A stretch of 63,834 nt of DNA, the filler included, from Hyphochytrium catenoides (taxonomy: Eukaryota > Protista > Hyphochytriomycota), in the NCBI GenBank assembly GCA_900088475.1. It is 12 parts of 12 records of this genome, joined end to end, with 100 filler letters (N's around TTAATTAATTAA, not from the genome) between each part and the next. Parts side by side here need not be neighbours in the genome. Positions count along the whole stretch, not along the records: positions 1 to 3,193 come from FLMG01000476.1; positions 3,294 to 6,969 come from FLMG01003039.1; positions 7,070 to 15,111 come from FLMG01004464.1; 9 more parts are not named here. One strand, 5' to 3'. Positions 1-11,869 of this stretch are shown here, in pieces (within the stretch, counting starts at the first letter, position 1; every line of letters starts with the position of its first letter). Made by a program: the position numbers and the translations under genes. The notes beneath the pieces were generated by a model that had not been told where the DNA came from, ran no database searches, and worked only from the letters and a program-made list of their open reading frames with translations.

Positions 1-941
1 TAATTTCCTACGCAAGTATACAAGGAAAAAACATTTGTACGGAGTATTTTGTTGGGGGTTCCTGGGGGTGGACAGGAGAAGGCAGGAAGAACCTTGGGAA
101 GAACTAGTTTAAGAAGAGAAGGAACAGGAGGAGGAGGAGAAGAATCCTGCACAACAGGGAAGAAAGAGAGAGAAAAATCCAGCTCGGCTTCGTCCTTTCT
201 CTCTTTTCTCTCCCACGTTTCTCTCCTCCTTCCTTTTCTCTCTCTTCTTCCGCCTCTACGCAGCAGATCCTCCAGCAAGACCCTTCGTTCTTCGTCTTTC
301 CCCTCGCGTGGTGCGGGCGGCTGCTTCTCCTCCTTCGGTCTTTCCTCTCGCTTTCTTTTCTCCTCCTCCTCGGCCGCCGCCCGTTATCACATCCTCCCTC
401 TTCCCTTCTTCCTTCGCCGTCTTCTCGTGGCTGTTGGTGCTGCTTCTTCCTCCTCTCCATACATCAGCGCATTGTTTCGAAGATCATACCACTATATGTG
501 CAAGAGTAGCCTTTCCTCTTGGTGGACCCCGTGTGTCGGGCAAGATGAGAGCAAGGGGATGATGGACGGTACATAAAGAAGGCTCACAAGAAGGCAGCAA
601 GAAGGTGAAGATGAAGAGGAGGAGGAAGAGAAGCATGATGAGGAAGAAGAAAGTATCGATACTCGAAAAGAAAACGGGAACGAAGCGGGAAAAGAAAGAG
701 GGAGATGAAGGGAGCGCAAGCAGCCGTGTGTTGGCCAAGAGGAGGTGCCATTCGTTCTCCTTTCATCATCAGCCTCCCAACCTTCTCTTTATAATATCTT
801 CTCCCCTCAGCCAGCTTCTTGCTTGCATAAGATTCTCCCCTTCCTTATCTTCTTCTTGCTCTCTTGCTGATTCCTCCTCCTTGTTGTTCCTCGCATCTCC
901 AACTTCCCTCTTCCCTTTTTGCCCGCAGCTTCAACGCATAT

Positions 942-948
942 TATAAAA
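942..948 (+). promoter_or_regulatory. Candidate TATA box upstream of the HSP12-like gene
   Basis: TATAAAA about 200 bp upstream of the ATG. Confidence 0.3.
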
Positions 949-1142
949 TCCTCTCACGCTGCTTGCCTGCCTTGTGGACCAAGGCTCTTCCTGGAGGCAG
1001 GACCGAGTGTCAGACAGCCTCATTCCGAGAGTTTCCAGATATTCCACAAGCCAAAAGACATTAACTATAAGAAGAGCTTTATCTCAACCTTAAAGAGTGA
1101 GAGATATTCCATAGAGAAGACACATTGCATCCGTTGGGAAAG

Positions 1143-1637
1143 ATGGCAGACAGAGGAAGAAAGAGCTTGGAGAAGCAGATTCAGGAGGAAACCACGCCTG
1201 ACTATCAGAAGACAACGGGAGAGAAAATGAAGGAGAAGATGACGGACACCGTCGACAGAATGAAGGCAAAGTACACTCCTGATCGTAAGAAGAGCGAAGC
1301 GCAGAGGGAGGCAGACATTGCCCGAGGCCAGCGCCGCCACGAGGGTGTCGACAATTTTGGTCCTGCAGGAAGCATGGGCCCAACCAGCTCCAGCACCATA
1401 GGGGCAGGTGGCGGAGGGATGATGGGCTCAGGTCCCACTCATGGAACTCCGTACGGGGGCACTGCAGCCGCTCCGATGGGCTTGGGAAGCTCTACCGCTG
1501 GCACAACGGCTCATGGGCTTACTGGCCACGGCGGCCCGATGTCTGCTACCACGGGCACCTCTCATCTATCTCACAACCCCGCCCACCAGCGTCATCATAA
1601 CGGTGATCCTTCTCTCACTGGCAGATCAGGCTTCTAA
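1143..1637 (+). CDS. HSP12: HSP9/HSP12-family hydrophilin with Gly/Thr/His-rich C-terminal tail
   Basis: The N-terminus MADRGRKSLEKQIQEETTPDYQKTTGEKMKEKMTDTVDRMKAKYTPDRKKSEAQREAD follows the yeast Hsp12 pattern (MSDAGRK...PDSQKS..E..KE..TD..D......P...K...Q..D). The ORF is intronless, with ATG at 1143. Confidence 0.8.
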   Translation: MADRGRKSLEKQIQEETTPDYQKTTGEKMKEKMTDTVDRMKAKYTPDRKKSEAQREADIARGQRRHEGVDNFGPAGSMGPTSSSTIGAGGGGMMGSGPTHGTPYGGTAAAPMGLGSSTAGTTAHGLTGHGGPMSATTGTSHLSHNPAHQRHHNGDPSLTGRSGF

Positions 1638-2399
1638 GAAGAAGGACAGAGCTTCACATGTAAAGCAAGATGAGTCTGTCTCGCACCGAGAGGGAGCTCC
1701 TTCTCCAAGAACCAACTTGATCGTTTTTTTGAATATATATATAGTTCCATAATAATAGTGGTACAGCTAACCAGTCAGGACGTCAACAACGCTTGAGAAC
1801 AGACAACAGGGCTGAAGAGGGAAGGACAAGGATGAAAAAGAAAGGGGGGAACAGGGCATCACTATACATCTTTATAAATAATAAATCTGTACAATTGAAG
1901 AGTCAAAAGACAAGGCCGTCAGCCTCTGAAGAACGACTCGGCGGCTCTATAGTAGGTCAAGACCCTGAAGACGAGCGAACAAAGGCAAAAAAAGGCGCGA
2001 TGGAGGAGAATGCGTTTCCTGGTCTTTCTTTAGTAGTCATCATCCCTTAGCTGCAGGGGGAAGCCGCGATTATTGTTGGTCACAGTCCTATGATAAAGAC
2101 GCTGTGCTCTGATGATGATGCAGCCGAACAACATCAATAGGAGGGCTATGTAGACTTCATGCCACCAGCAGTAGAGGACGATGACTGGACGGCTAGGTTT
2201 ATCTCGCTAAATGAAGCTGATATTTGATGGCAGGAGGAGGGAGGAGGAGCAAGGACTACTGGGGCTGCTGCTGCCACTTTTTGGACAACAGGAGGAGGAG
2301 CAGGAGGAGCGCAGCAACAACAAGAGCTTCTTACCTAATATCATCATTGCGACAATAGCTCAGCGGCCTTTCAACTTTCTTTTCTTTTAGCTGCACTGA

Positions 2400-2880
2400 A
2401 TCTTTCTTATAGTCATCCTTCTTCTTCCTTCCTTCATCCCTTTATCTACTTACCTCTCTGTCCTCTCCGTCGTCCTTCTCTCCTCTCCTTCTCTCCGTTC
2501 TTCTTCGTCCTATTCCTGTCAATCTCCTTTATTTTTGTATCTAGTTGCCGCTTCATTCTTGTTGCTCCTTCTTGCTTCTCTTCCTCTTCCTTTCTCTTTC
2601 TCTCTTCCTCTCTCTCCTTCTCTTCTCCCTCTGTCTCCTCTTTTTCCTCTCTCTCCTTCTCTTCTTCCTACTTGTACCTGTTTCTCTTCATTTTCTCCTT
2701 CTTCTCTCCTCCTCCTTGCTCCAACTCCTCTTTCCTCCTCCTTCCTTCCTTTCTCTCTTTTGCTGCTGCTCTCTTTCTGTCTTCGTCTCTTTCTTCTTCT
2801 ACACTTCTTCCTTCCTCTTCTCTTTTCTTTTCGGCCTAGTAATCTCTCTTGTAGCCCTCTGGGGCCCTCTGTCTCTAACT
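2400..2880. repeat. Polypyrimidine (CT/CTT) low-complexity tract
   Basis: About 480 bp of mostly C/T. The ORFs here are L/S/F artefacts. Confidence 0.85.
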
Positions 2881-3193
2881 ATTACCTAATCAAATGAGAC
2901 CTCAAAATATCTCTTAAGACTCTGTCTTGCATATGTATCCCTCTCTGTCTCTTCAGCGTATCTCTGCATCACTCTGTCTGGCTAATAGCCCTGACTATAT
3001 AAGCCATCATCGTATCTCTTCCACTTGCTGTCTTGCACTGGGAAAACAGGACTGGGACATATTTTTGCTCTATGGTGGGGTGGCGACACCCCCGTTGAGA
3101 GGAGTGTTGTACTTCTAGAAATCCTATTGGGGGGTGACCTCTCCCTCCCATGTGTAGGGTGTTACCTCCACTGTAGTTTACTGATGGTGGACC

Positions 3194-3293
3194 NNNNNNN
3201 NNNNNNNNNNNNNNNNNNNNNNNNNNNNNNNNNNNNNTTAATTAATTAANNNNNNNNNNNNNNNNNNNNNNNNNNNNNNNNNNNNNNNNNNNN
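3194..3293. other. Artificial scaffold spacer (N44-TTAATTAATTAA-N44)
   Basis: The identical 100-bp six-frame-stop linker recurs at 6970-7069, 15112-15211, 45398-45497, 48616-48715, 50277-50376, 52367-52466, 53546-53645, 58008-58107, 59803-59902 and 62597-62696. Confidence 0.98.
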
Positions 3294-3589
3294 ACGAAAG
3301 AGTTGTATCTGCCAATGGCGAAAGGGGAGTCCCGTGCATAGAAGAGCGCAGTGAAGAAGACAAAGGCGGTGATGGTCCAGAACCGATTTTCGAACTCCTG
3401 GGCATTGTGCCACCGGAAGGTGCTGCTGCCTTCAGTAGCCAAGTAGAGCATCACCACGTAGAAGACACCCACCATTGTGGCGCATAGGACTGGAGCCACA
3501 GTGAAGATGGCAAGAAAGCCCAGTACCAAGGCGATGGCGACAAGCACAAGAATAACGACCAGAATGTACTTCTTCTGTTGGTCTCCCAT
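3294..3589 (-). CDS. Multi-pass membrane protein, 5' part (truncated by scaffold end), family unknown
   Basis: MGDQQKKYILVVILVLVAIALVLGFLAIF... has three hydrophobic segments and protein-like composition. Confidence 0.6.
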
Positions 3590-5299
3590 GCTGACGATAG
3601 GCAAACCGCTTCTGGTTCGACGACAGTGCTCAGCTTAAAGTGTCAGAAATATTGCCATAGTGACGAGTTTCTTTCACCGCCAAACCAGTGAAGGCTTCAG
3701 CTAACTCCTGAAAATAGGATCTGACTTAAGAAGTACTGCTGGATGTACAGCGCCGTATTGCGAATAAGGTGAAGCGTTCCTCTTAGCGAGTATGCAGCTC
3801 CACCCCTGACAGCGCTCTCTTTAGATGCTTCTGCCATCCATATCCTTGAGAAAGGGAGGCCTGTTCTCAACCATGGATCCTCTCGACAGCGCCTCTCTTT
3901 GCACTAGAAATTCTTCCTTGTCGCTCAATCGCCCTCATGGCGCTTGGGCCTATTATCCAGACTTAACTGTTCTTGAGTTAACCCTGTCCGCGATGGTAAG
4001 GTAAGGAGCCTTCTCTAAGAGCAAAGCCTCTGCATCTCGATGCCCGATCTCTGGCTCGTGCTGATGATGAAGCTTCAGACTGCAGATTCTCTTCGCCCAA
4101 AGTCTTCGTCTTCTTGTCAGACCCGAATCATCACTCGATAATCCGCCGCCAGGACGATACAATTTTAGCGAAAGTGACGTGTCACACTCAATAGTACGCC
4201 GCCTACACTTCTCACGGCACTGTCGCGAAGTTACTGTATTTTTCTCGCCCTCGCCACCTGACGCGAATTGCCGATAACGATGGCGTAACACCCACGGTTC
4301 GGAATCCTAGCCATACAGATTCTGGAACTGTGTTACTGAGGGCACTTTGGCTGCAGGTTTTGGCGCTGAGAGGCGGCCGCGGGAAGAAGAGAACGGCGAA
4401 CTCACCTGCGGAGCTGTGGATCTGCGGATCTGGACATTGACACAGCCCTGCTTTGGACCGATAGCACCGGGCTTGTTGCCTATCAGACGCATCAGAGCGT
4501 CAGAGCGTGAGGGGACAAGCGACAGGCTGACGGGAAGAATTGTTGGTTGGATGAGCTTGAAGGAGGGGTTACAAGGCAGTTTTGGGGACTGGAATAGAGT
4601 CACTCCAGGGCACCTAATCGGTGACCATTCCACGGGCAAACGTAGGAAGTCTACTCTCTGGTTAAGTTCTAGAACAATGGAGCAAAGTGTCTTGGATCAT
4701 AGGGCAAACCTGCTTGCCCTCAGCGAGCAGCTGACAGCTCATTGGCAAGGGCTCGTCAAGGACCGACTCGGCTTTTGATTAAAACTAGTGCCTAGTGCAT
4801 CATCGGCCTGCGAGCACCAGCGAAGGTGGAATTAATTTGAGCGATCGACGGCATGATGGACGAGCTCGTATATCAAGACACGACAACTTCGAACTCATAA
4901 CAGCGGTCTCACACTTGTCAGGATTTGCTTCTTCCTATCGGCAGTCTTGGTTAGCACTAGCTGCTTGCCGCAAGGCTCCGCAATACGTCTAGAACTTATT
5001 GTCCGCTTATCCTAGCGTCTGGTCGTCTAAAGTCATCCTGCTCGTTCCTTTATCAGGCTAGTACCCGTAGGAATTGTTAGTATATAGCTTCATTGATAAA
5101 TAGGAGTCTCTAGCTGGTCGACTGTCTTCTCGTCATCTCCACAATTACTATGGCATCACGTCCGCAGTCCATCATTGGCATGCGCATTCTGCACGTCTTG
5201 GCTGTCTAGCGGTCTCCAGGGAGACATATCCCGTTACGGTTGCAGCTATAAGTCCGTCGCGCCGATGACAGACCGGTGTGCCTCGAGGCGTACATTGCA

Positions 5300-6969
5300 G
5301 CAACTTCAGGTAGCAGCCCTCAAGCTGGACCGACCAGCAGAGGACCGAGGTTCTCTTGCTTTAGAATACTCGATAAGTGTCATCACACAGAGAGCGCCCT
5401 TCAACAAGACTAGAGAGATACGTAAACAGAGAGAGAGAGAAGAGCTATTGTCTGGCATGGCGAGAGAGAGGAGGTTGCCTTGATTCCTGGATTGAAAGGA
5501 TCATCCCGAGAGGATGCTTGGACTGGCTAGCAGTAACTCAATGGCCACGCGCCGATAATATTCATCGTCTGCCGAGATAGATAGACCTTCACAGAGAATA
5601 GAGGGGAAAAGAGACAAAGCAATTGGCATATCAGAGAGGACAGGCATTACGATCGTTGCCGTCGGAAGAAGGGAAGGAGAAAGGTTATGCTCCTCTCTTA
5701 CCCCGAGGTGGCTGCAGTAGGAGAGGACCTAAACAGCGGGCTAGCTTCGTCTCCGTCATTTTATTCTTCGAGGCCTGAGCTGCCACCATTCGCAGGTGCT
5801 GGACGATAGTCTGCAGTCGCTCTCTGTGTGTGGACAGCAAGAACAGAAGGGATAAGCAACATGAAAGGGATCGGAGTCGGTGCCTCCGCGGCTGGACGAG
5901 TGATCTGGAGGAGGGAGCGAAGACGGGCATAAGGTGCTTCTCCACGCGATACATACATGCTATCAGCGCTACATTTCTGCCGCAGCACGTCCTTCATCTT
6001 TCTTTCTACATTAGGATGGGACTGGCCAGGACCCTTCTCTTCTTCCACATCGAACTCATCGGCAATATCCAAGAGCTCCTCGTACAGAGAAGAGGGGATC
6101 AAAAGAGAGTCTCCATCAGCATAACGCAGCCATTCCAGCAGAATGGCAGAGGCTAAAAGAGGTGTCATTGCCCTTTGACTGGCCTCGGACAGCTCCAGAC
6201 GGGCCAGGATATCCTTTAAACGGAGGCAAAATAAGTCAAGGGCACCGCACAGGCATGCTAGGAAGATCTGAATAGTTGGGCCAGAGAGAGACAAGGCATG
6301 AAAGATAGAATAAGAGAGTTATCTAAAGATAATAGGAGAGAGAGAGAGGAGACAGGGCGAAAGTTAGCAAAGTGCCGCCGAGGAAGAGCTTTGAGCGCAT
6401 TAGGACCCGGACAGAAAGACCACTGACCCTCGCCTCCTCGAGAGTATCTTCTGGATATTCGCTGGCCTTATAGATGTACTTGAGGCTCAGATGCCCTTCA
6501 TTTTTCTCCAGGTACTCCAGACCGGCGGCCACAGCTGGCGGAAAGAGCTTCTTTTCTCTGTTGATCGCGTCTGCGTCACGCGGCACAGTTATCAGGCCCA
6601 GTCAGGCCCAGCTGGATGTGAAAGAGAACAAGAAAGACCTTACTCTTCTCTCTAGCCTTCAATGTCTTCTCTTCTAGAGAGCTAATCTTAGCATTCTGCT
6701 GAGTATCCGTCAGCCTTGAAGACTCCTTTGCTTCAGCCTTCTCTGAGGGCAGAGCCAACTGCCCGCTTGACGGAGACTGAGTGGCTGCATAGAAAAAGAA
6801 GGAGGAGCAGGCTTAGAGACAGAGTAGGCTTAACGATAGTAGAAAAAGCAAGATATGTCCTAAGGTGCACACCTGCAAGTCCAGAACGGGGTTGAGCTTT
6901 ATCGTCTATGGCTGTCCAATCATTCTTCTTCTCAGCGCTTCTCTTCTCTTCTTGCGCTTCTTTCTTCTC
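5300..6969 (-). pseudogene. RhoGAP-domain gene, 5' truncated, apparently frameshifted
   Basis: Spliced exons give the RhoGAP boxes FPPAVAAGLEYLEKNEGHLSLKYIYKAS, LASAILLEWLR...LLIPSSLYEELLD, RERLQTIVQHLRMVAAQASKNKMTETKLARCLGPLLL and ALCVMTLIEY. A 10-bp tandem duplication at 6592-6611 breaks the frame. Confidence 0.65.
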
Positions 6970-7266
6970 NNNNNNNNNNNNNNNNNNNNNNNNNNNNNNN
7001 NNNNNNNNNNNNNTTAATTAATTAANNNNNNNNNNNNNNNNNNNNNNNNNNNNNNNNNNNNNNNNNNNNATCCTGATGCCGCTGTCTCCCGGACCATACT
7101 TTGCTCCCTTGTGCGCTGGCTGCTGCGCTAGTCCCGAACGTGACATACTCCTTGTGCATTCTTACAGGACCTCCTGTTACCTCTCCTTCTCTTCTTCTCT
7201 TTCCTCTTCACTTGGCCGCTTTCTTCTTCTCTTATAGTTCTGTGTCTTGGCTCTCCTGCTCCCCAG

Positions 7267-10053
7267 GTCCCCTTCATTGACACAGCGCGGCCTTTCACCT
7301 GGCGTAAGACGTACATTGACCAAGATGGAACCGTGCAAAGTGAAGAGTGAGTCATTAATGTCCTACTCCCATCTAGATCACAAAATGCTGCTTGATCTCT
7401 CTCTCTCTCTGTCTCCCTCGCCTCTCTCTCGCTCTCTCACTCGCCTCTCTCTCTTGCTCACTCACTCGCCTCTCTCCCGCACTCTCCATCGCGCCTCTCT
7501 CTCGCTCTCTCCCTCCCTTCCGGGCCTTCTACTTAGTGGTCTCTTCTCTCCGTTCGTCCATGACGCTTTAGGTCCTAATTCCTGTCTGAGGCTTCAACTG
7601 ACGTTGTGTTCTTGCTTTCTTACTCCACCGTCTTCATCGGCTCTTCCTCTTTCAATCTCGATTATCCTTGGTAACATCTCTACTTCCGCTGGGAGATAGT
7701 ATCACTCAGGTCCGCATTGATATGCGAGAGTCAGTGTTCAACTTCATGCGGCAGGAGGTCCGTGAATATATCTATATCATAAGGCGTCTCTCTCTCTCTC
7801 TCTTCTTTCTCCCTTCCTCTCTCATCTCTTCCTCACACAAAATAGTGGTCGTACTCGCATATTCACATACCTTACTGGCAAATTCAGCATCTTTACCTGG
7901 CTCGTTCACCTCCCTCTCTCTCGCTTATCTTTGCTCTCGTGGTCTGCCCCGCGCATGTGCAGGGCTGGTATCGACCTCTTTTTCTCTCTCTAGATATAGC
8001 ACGATGTGAAACACATTCTCACTTCTTTCCTCCCTATTTCTCTTCTCTTCTATGGTACCGTCGGCTCTGTAGGTCTACACCCAGGACACAGTGCTGTTGG
8101 ATGTGAATGCGCTGATGTACTATCGGATCACCGACATCAAGAAGGTAGTCAAAGCCTCTGCCTTCCCTTCTCCCTCCTTCGCCGTTCGGCACTATCACTG
8201 TCGGTCTTTTCTCAACAGTTTCGCTTCTCTCTCTCTCTCCTGTCTCTGTCTTGCCCTCTGTCTGTCTTTCTCTCTCTCTCTCTTTCGATTTGTCTTTCTT
8301 ATCTCTTCTTCTTCGTCGCTCTCTCTCTCTCGTTGCTCTTTGCTCTCTTTCGCTTCCTTCAATCCACCCTATCTTGCCTCTAAAGTCTATCACTCTCTCG
8401 GCCTACATGATCCTCGGTCTCTTACTTTCGCATGTCTCTCCTCCCGCTGCAGGCGATATACGAAGTGGATGATCTGCAAGCTGCAATCTGCAACATGGCA
8501 CAGACTCAGCTGAAGGTCATATTCCTTTCCTTTTTCTGATAGCTCTGCACGGCGTCCTTTTCTTCAAATCCTCTCTTTCTGCCGTGAATGGGGTTGCGCC
8601 CTTCGCACGTGCTAACTGGCTGGCCATAGACATACACCTTCTTTCGGCCAGTTTAAGGATGTCGTGAACACTCGCATAGTCCTCAGCAGGTAGAGAGAGT
8701 CCTCTTACTGACCATCCCTTTCTCTCTATCCTTCGCCCCGATGCTCAGGAAGTATTTGGAAACATGTCTTTTGCGCAAGCTCTGGGCGCTCAGAACCAGA
8801 TCAACGCTTACATGAAGGCCGCCTTTGGAGAGAGATTCGTGCAGTGGGGCGTGCAAGTGGAAAGGCTCGAGCTGCTGGACATGACGCCGAAAGCAGGTAA
8901 CCTGAAGAGCAAGAGCTTTCTGCTCCTTGCGTCCGCCTTTGCCACTTCTTCCTGGCTTTCCCAATGGACACTAGCACCTGGGCTCTTTGTCAGAGTCTGT
9001 TGAGAAAATGGCTCAGTTGAGAGGGTCTTGTTACCTTCCTTTAGTGCTTCGCCACTGCACAGCACCATTGCCAACGTGTAAAACAGTGATACCCTGGGTT
9101 TGAGGTCTTTCTCTTCTTTCCTTACCTTCCTTCCTTACCAGAACCGAAGATTGTCATGGAGCTTTCCCTCTCTGTCTCCCCCTCTATGTCTCTCTATGAA
9201 AAGGACCTCACTGCTTTGCTTAACCTACTACTCTCCTCTGCTATGTCTCTCCAGGGACAACAATCAGTGATGCGATGAAGCGCCAGATGATTGCTGAGAG
9301 AGATCGCCGCGCAGAATTTATTCTCGCTGAAGGAAAGAAGACGGCAATGAAGCTGCAGGCTGATGGCGCCAAGCTGGAGAAGTATAACATCGGTATAGCC
9401 GAGCAGGAGGCGACCCGAAAGCTGTAAGTGTCTTTTCTCTCTCTTCTCTCTTACTACGCCCAGATTAATGTTTGGCCGTAAGCCCTGGTTCTCCGCCAGT
9501 CTCTTCACTGTCTCTGTGCTCTGCTGCCGCCCTCGTGTCTGTGGAGCCCACACTTCTTCCCTGCTTATTCCACTTGGTTTGATCTTGTGATTGCGGTAAA
9601 GTGACCTGATTTGTACTCTGTTGCACTGACGAAGAGCTCTGCTTCTTCGTACATGCTCTATATAGCAGACTCAGCTCTCGATTCTGACTTTCGCCCTATC
9701 TTTTCATTAGGTCTGAGGGCAGTGCTGGCGCGCGGGTGGAGCTTGCGCGCGCAGAGAGTAACGCCTTGGAGACGGTAGCAGCTGTGCTGGCGCGCGATCG
9801 TTCGTCACAAACGGGATACATGCTTTCGCAGAGATATATGGAACTGTTCTCGTCTCTCATCGAGACAGCAGAAGAGAAGACAATTTTCCTGCCTTACGAT
9901 GTATCTTCTCTCCTAGGAACTATCGCACACTTGCCAAAGATCTATGGGTCCAAGGCTATCGTGAGACCACGAAGAGAGGGAGGTGCGGAGAACAAGGCTC
10001 AAGGAGGAGAGAAAGGTGGAGCGGCAGGGAAGGACTATGATGACCTGAACTAG
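7267..10053 (+). CDS. SPFH/Band-7 stomatin-like protein (SLP-2/QmcA type), 5' truncated, at least 7 exons
   Basis: Exons splice to VPFIDTARPFTW / RIDMRESVFNFMRQE / VYTQDTVLLDVNALMYYRITDIKK / AIYEVDDLQAAI / WGVQVERLELLD / ISDAMKRQMIAERDRRAEFILAEGKK / ...TIFLPYD...DDLN*. All introns are GT-AG. Confidence 0.9.
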
Positions 10054-10696
10054 GGAGAAGTGGTGACCAGGCCACAGACAGACAGTGAGTGACAAAGACG
10101 AAGGTACTCCAAGTTTGTGTCCAGGCCATAGGCAGAAAAGACAACGCTATTAAGAGCACCAGCGCTCTTTGGAGAGAGAGACACAGAGAGAGATACTAAG
10201 AGAAAGACAAAAGCGACTTGTCCCACTAACTGTGTAATCCTATTTGTTCAGAGCCCTTACTACTATGGGGTCTTTTCAACTGCTTTCATCACTCCGTCAT
10301 CCCAGAGATTCATCCTTTGCCTAGTTAAAACACTGCCTCTTCACCGAGTAACAGTTAACAATTCAAAGAGACGCGTGGGCTCGGTGTCATCATAAGAGAA
10401 GAAAGAAGAATCAGTCGAGCAGCTTCTTTTATTGTTTGTCAACAGGGCTAGTTGGTAACTCCGCTGCACAGTGTCAGGAGAAAGAAGAAAGCGGCGAGAA
10501 GGAGATTGACTACGAGAGGACGTGGAAACGGAGATTGAGGGGACGTGAGGTGCTCCTCCCTCTCTCGCTCGCCTCTCTCTACTGTTAGAGGACAGGATGC
10601 CAAGCCGAAAATCCGATGAGAGATTGTGCTAGGAGAGAGAAGAGAGAGAGAGCAAGAGGAAATGAGGAGAGAGTGAGAGAGTATTGAAGTTATAGA

Positions 10697-11869
10697 TTAA
10701 GGCAACTCCTGCTCTGGCGTATCTGGGAGGTAAACAACGGCTCCATCCATCTCCGGTGTCACGATCAGCTGGCAGCCCAGACGGCTGGTGGGGTGCTGCA
10801 GCTCTTGAATCATCTTGTCGAGAACTACCTTCTCTTGAGGCTCAGGAGCATTGAGACGTTGGTATGTCTGTTTGTCTAGAACAACGTGACAACTGTAGCA
10901 CTGCGGCCCATCTCCAAAGATTTTCTCCCGCCAAAGAGGAGTGCGCTGGACCTCTACTGTGCCGCCACCTCCGCCGCAGGTGCCTAGAGGTAGAAAGAGA
11001 TAGAAAGAAAGAGACAGAAAGAGTGTGTGTGTCAGAGAGACCGAGAGGTAAGAAGACTATCGGTTCCTGAGCAAAGTTATTAGGAAGCTGGAATACAAAG
11101 CCAGAGCATTCGTTGACTAAAAGTGTGAGGGCCAGTGGCCAAGGAGGAAGAGAGAGAGAGAGAGAGAGAGATCAGGGAGAGAGAATAACGACGAGCGTGA
11201 ATGTATGCATTTTCCTGAGGATGAGTAGAGAGAGACAGAGAGATACAGAGATAGATGGATTGATACATAGCCTGCGAGATCGATAGAGCGTGAGACGTAG
11301 AATAAGAGAGAGCGCGCAAAGAGATCTAGGATGACAATAGATTTCTGGTGACAAGGATTAGAAACAAAAGCATGAAACAGAGCTATGGCAGACTGGTCTT
11401 TCTAAACACGAATGTGCTAAGGCAAGGGCCTACGGAATGAGCATAAAGCTGGAGAATAGCGCTTATAAAGCCAGGAGACATCCCCAAGAGCCAGCTTTTG
11501 ATACTGATTAGAACAAAAAGAGAGTAAAGCTCACCAAAGAGCTCCACATCATGATGCTCTGCCACATCTAGAATGGACTGCCCGACACGGCACTTTGCCT
11601 GGTAACGGTTGCCCTCCCAGTCCATAAAAGTGATTGTCACTCTATAGACAAGAGATCAGAAACAAGCGTCAATATGTTCCGATCGCTTTGTGACAGCCAT
11701 AAAGACTCTATCCTCTTTTGATAAATCAAAAGTACAAGCGGCAGACTTACACATCCTTGGTGGGCTCCGTGTGCACTCCTGCGGTGCGAGGGAGCGCAGA
11801 CCGGAGTGAGAGATGCTGTCTTCTGGGCAGCCTGGAGACAAGCGCGGAGGAGATCGCCTTCCTGAACAT
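10697..11869 (-). CDS. Mitochondrial [2Fe-2S] ferredoxin-like protein (adrenodoxin fold; likely complex I-associated type), 3 exons
   Basis: The N-terminus is an Arg/Ser-rich presequence (MFRKAISSALVSRLPRRQHLSLRS). It is followed by VTITFMDWEG...GQSILDVAEHHDVEL, then C-x25-C-x2-C (CGGGGG...GDGPQCYSCHV) and SRLGCQLIVTPEMDG. Confidence 0.88.

Noticed and set aside
49-946. Several overlapping ORFs at the window start
   Set aside because: They are translations of purine/pyrimidine low-complexity tracts with no domain signal.
1020-1048. Heat-shock element upstream of the HSP12-like gene
   Set aside because: The TTC units are spaced suggestively but the intervening GAA units are mismatched, so the match is too weak.
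3238-3249. Repeated TTAATTAATTAA palindromes as a biological repeat or CRISPR-like array
   Set aside because: They are always centred in exactly 100 bp of N padding, so they are an artificial contig linker.
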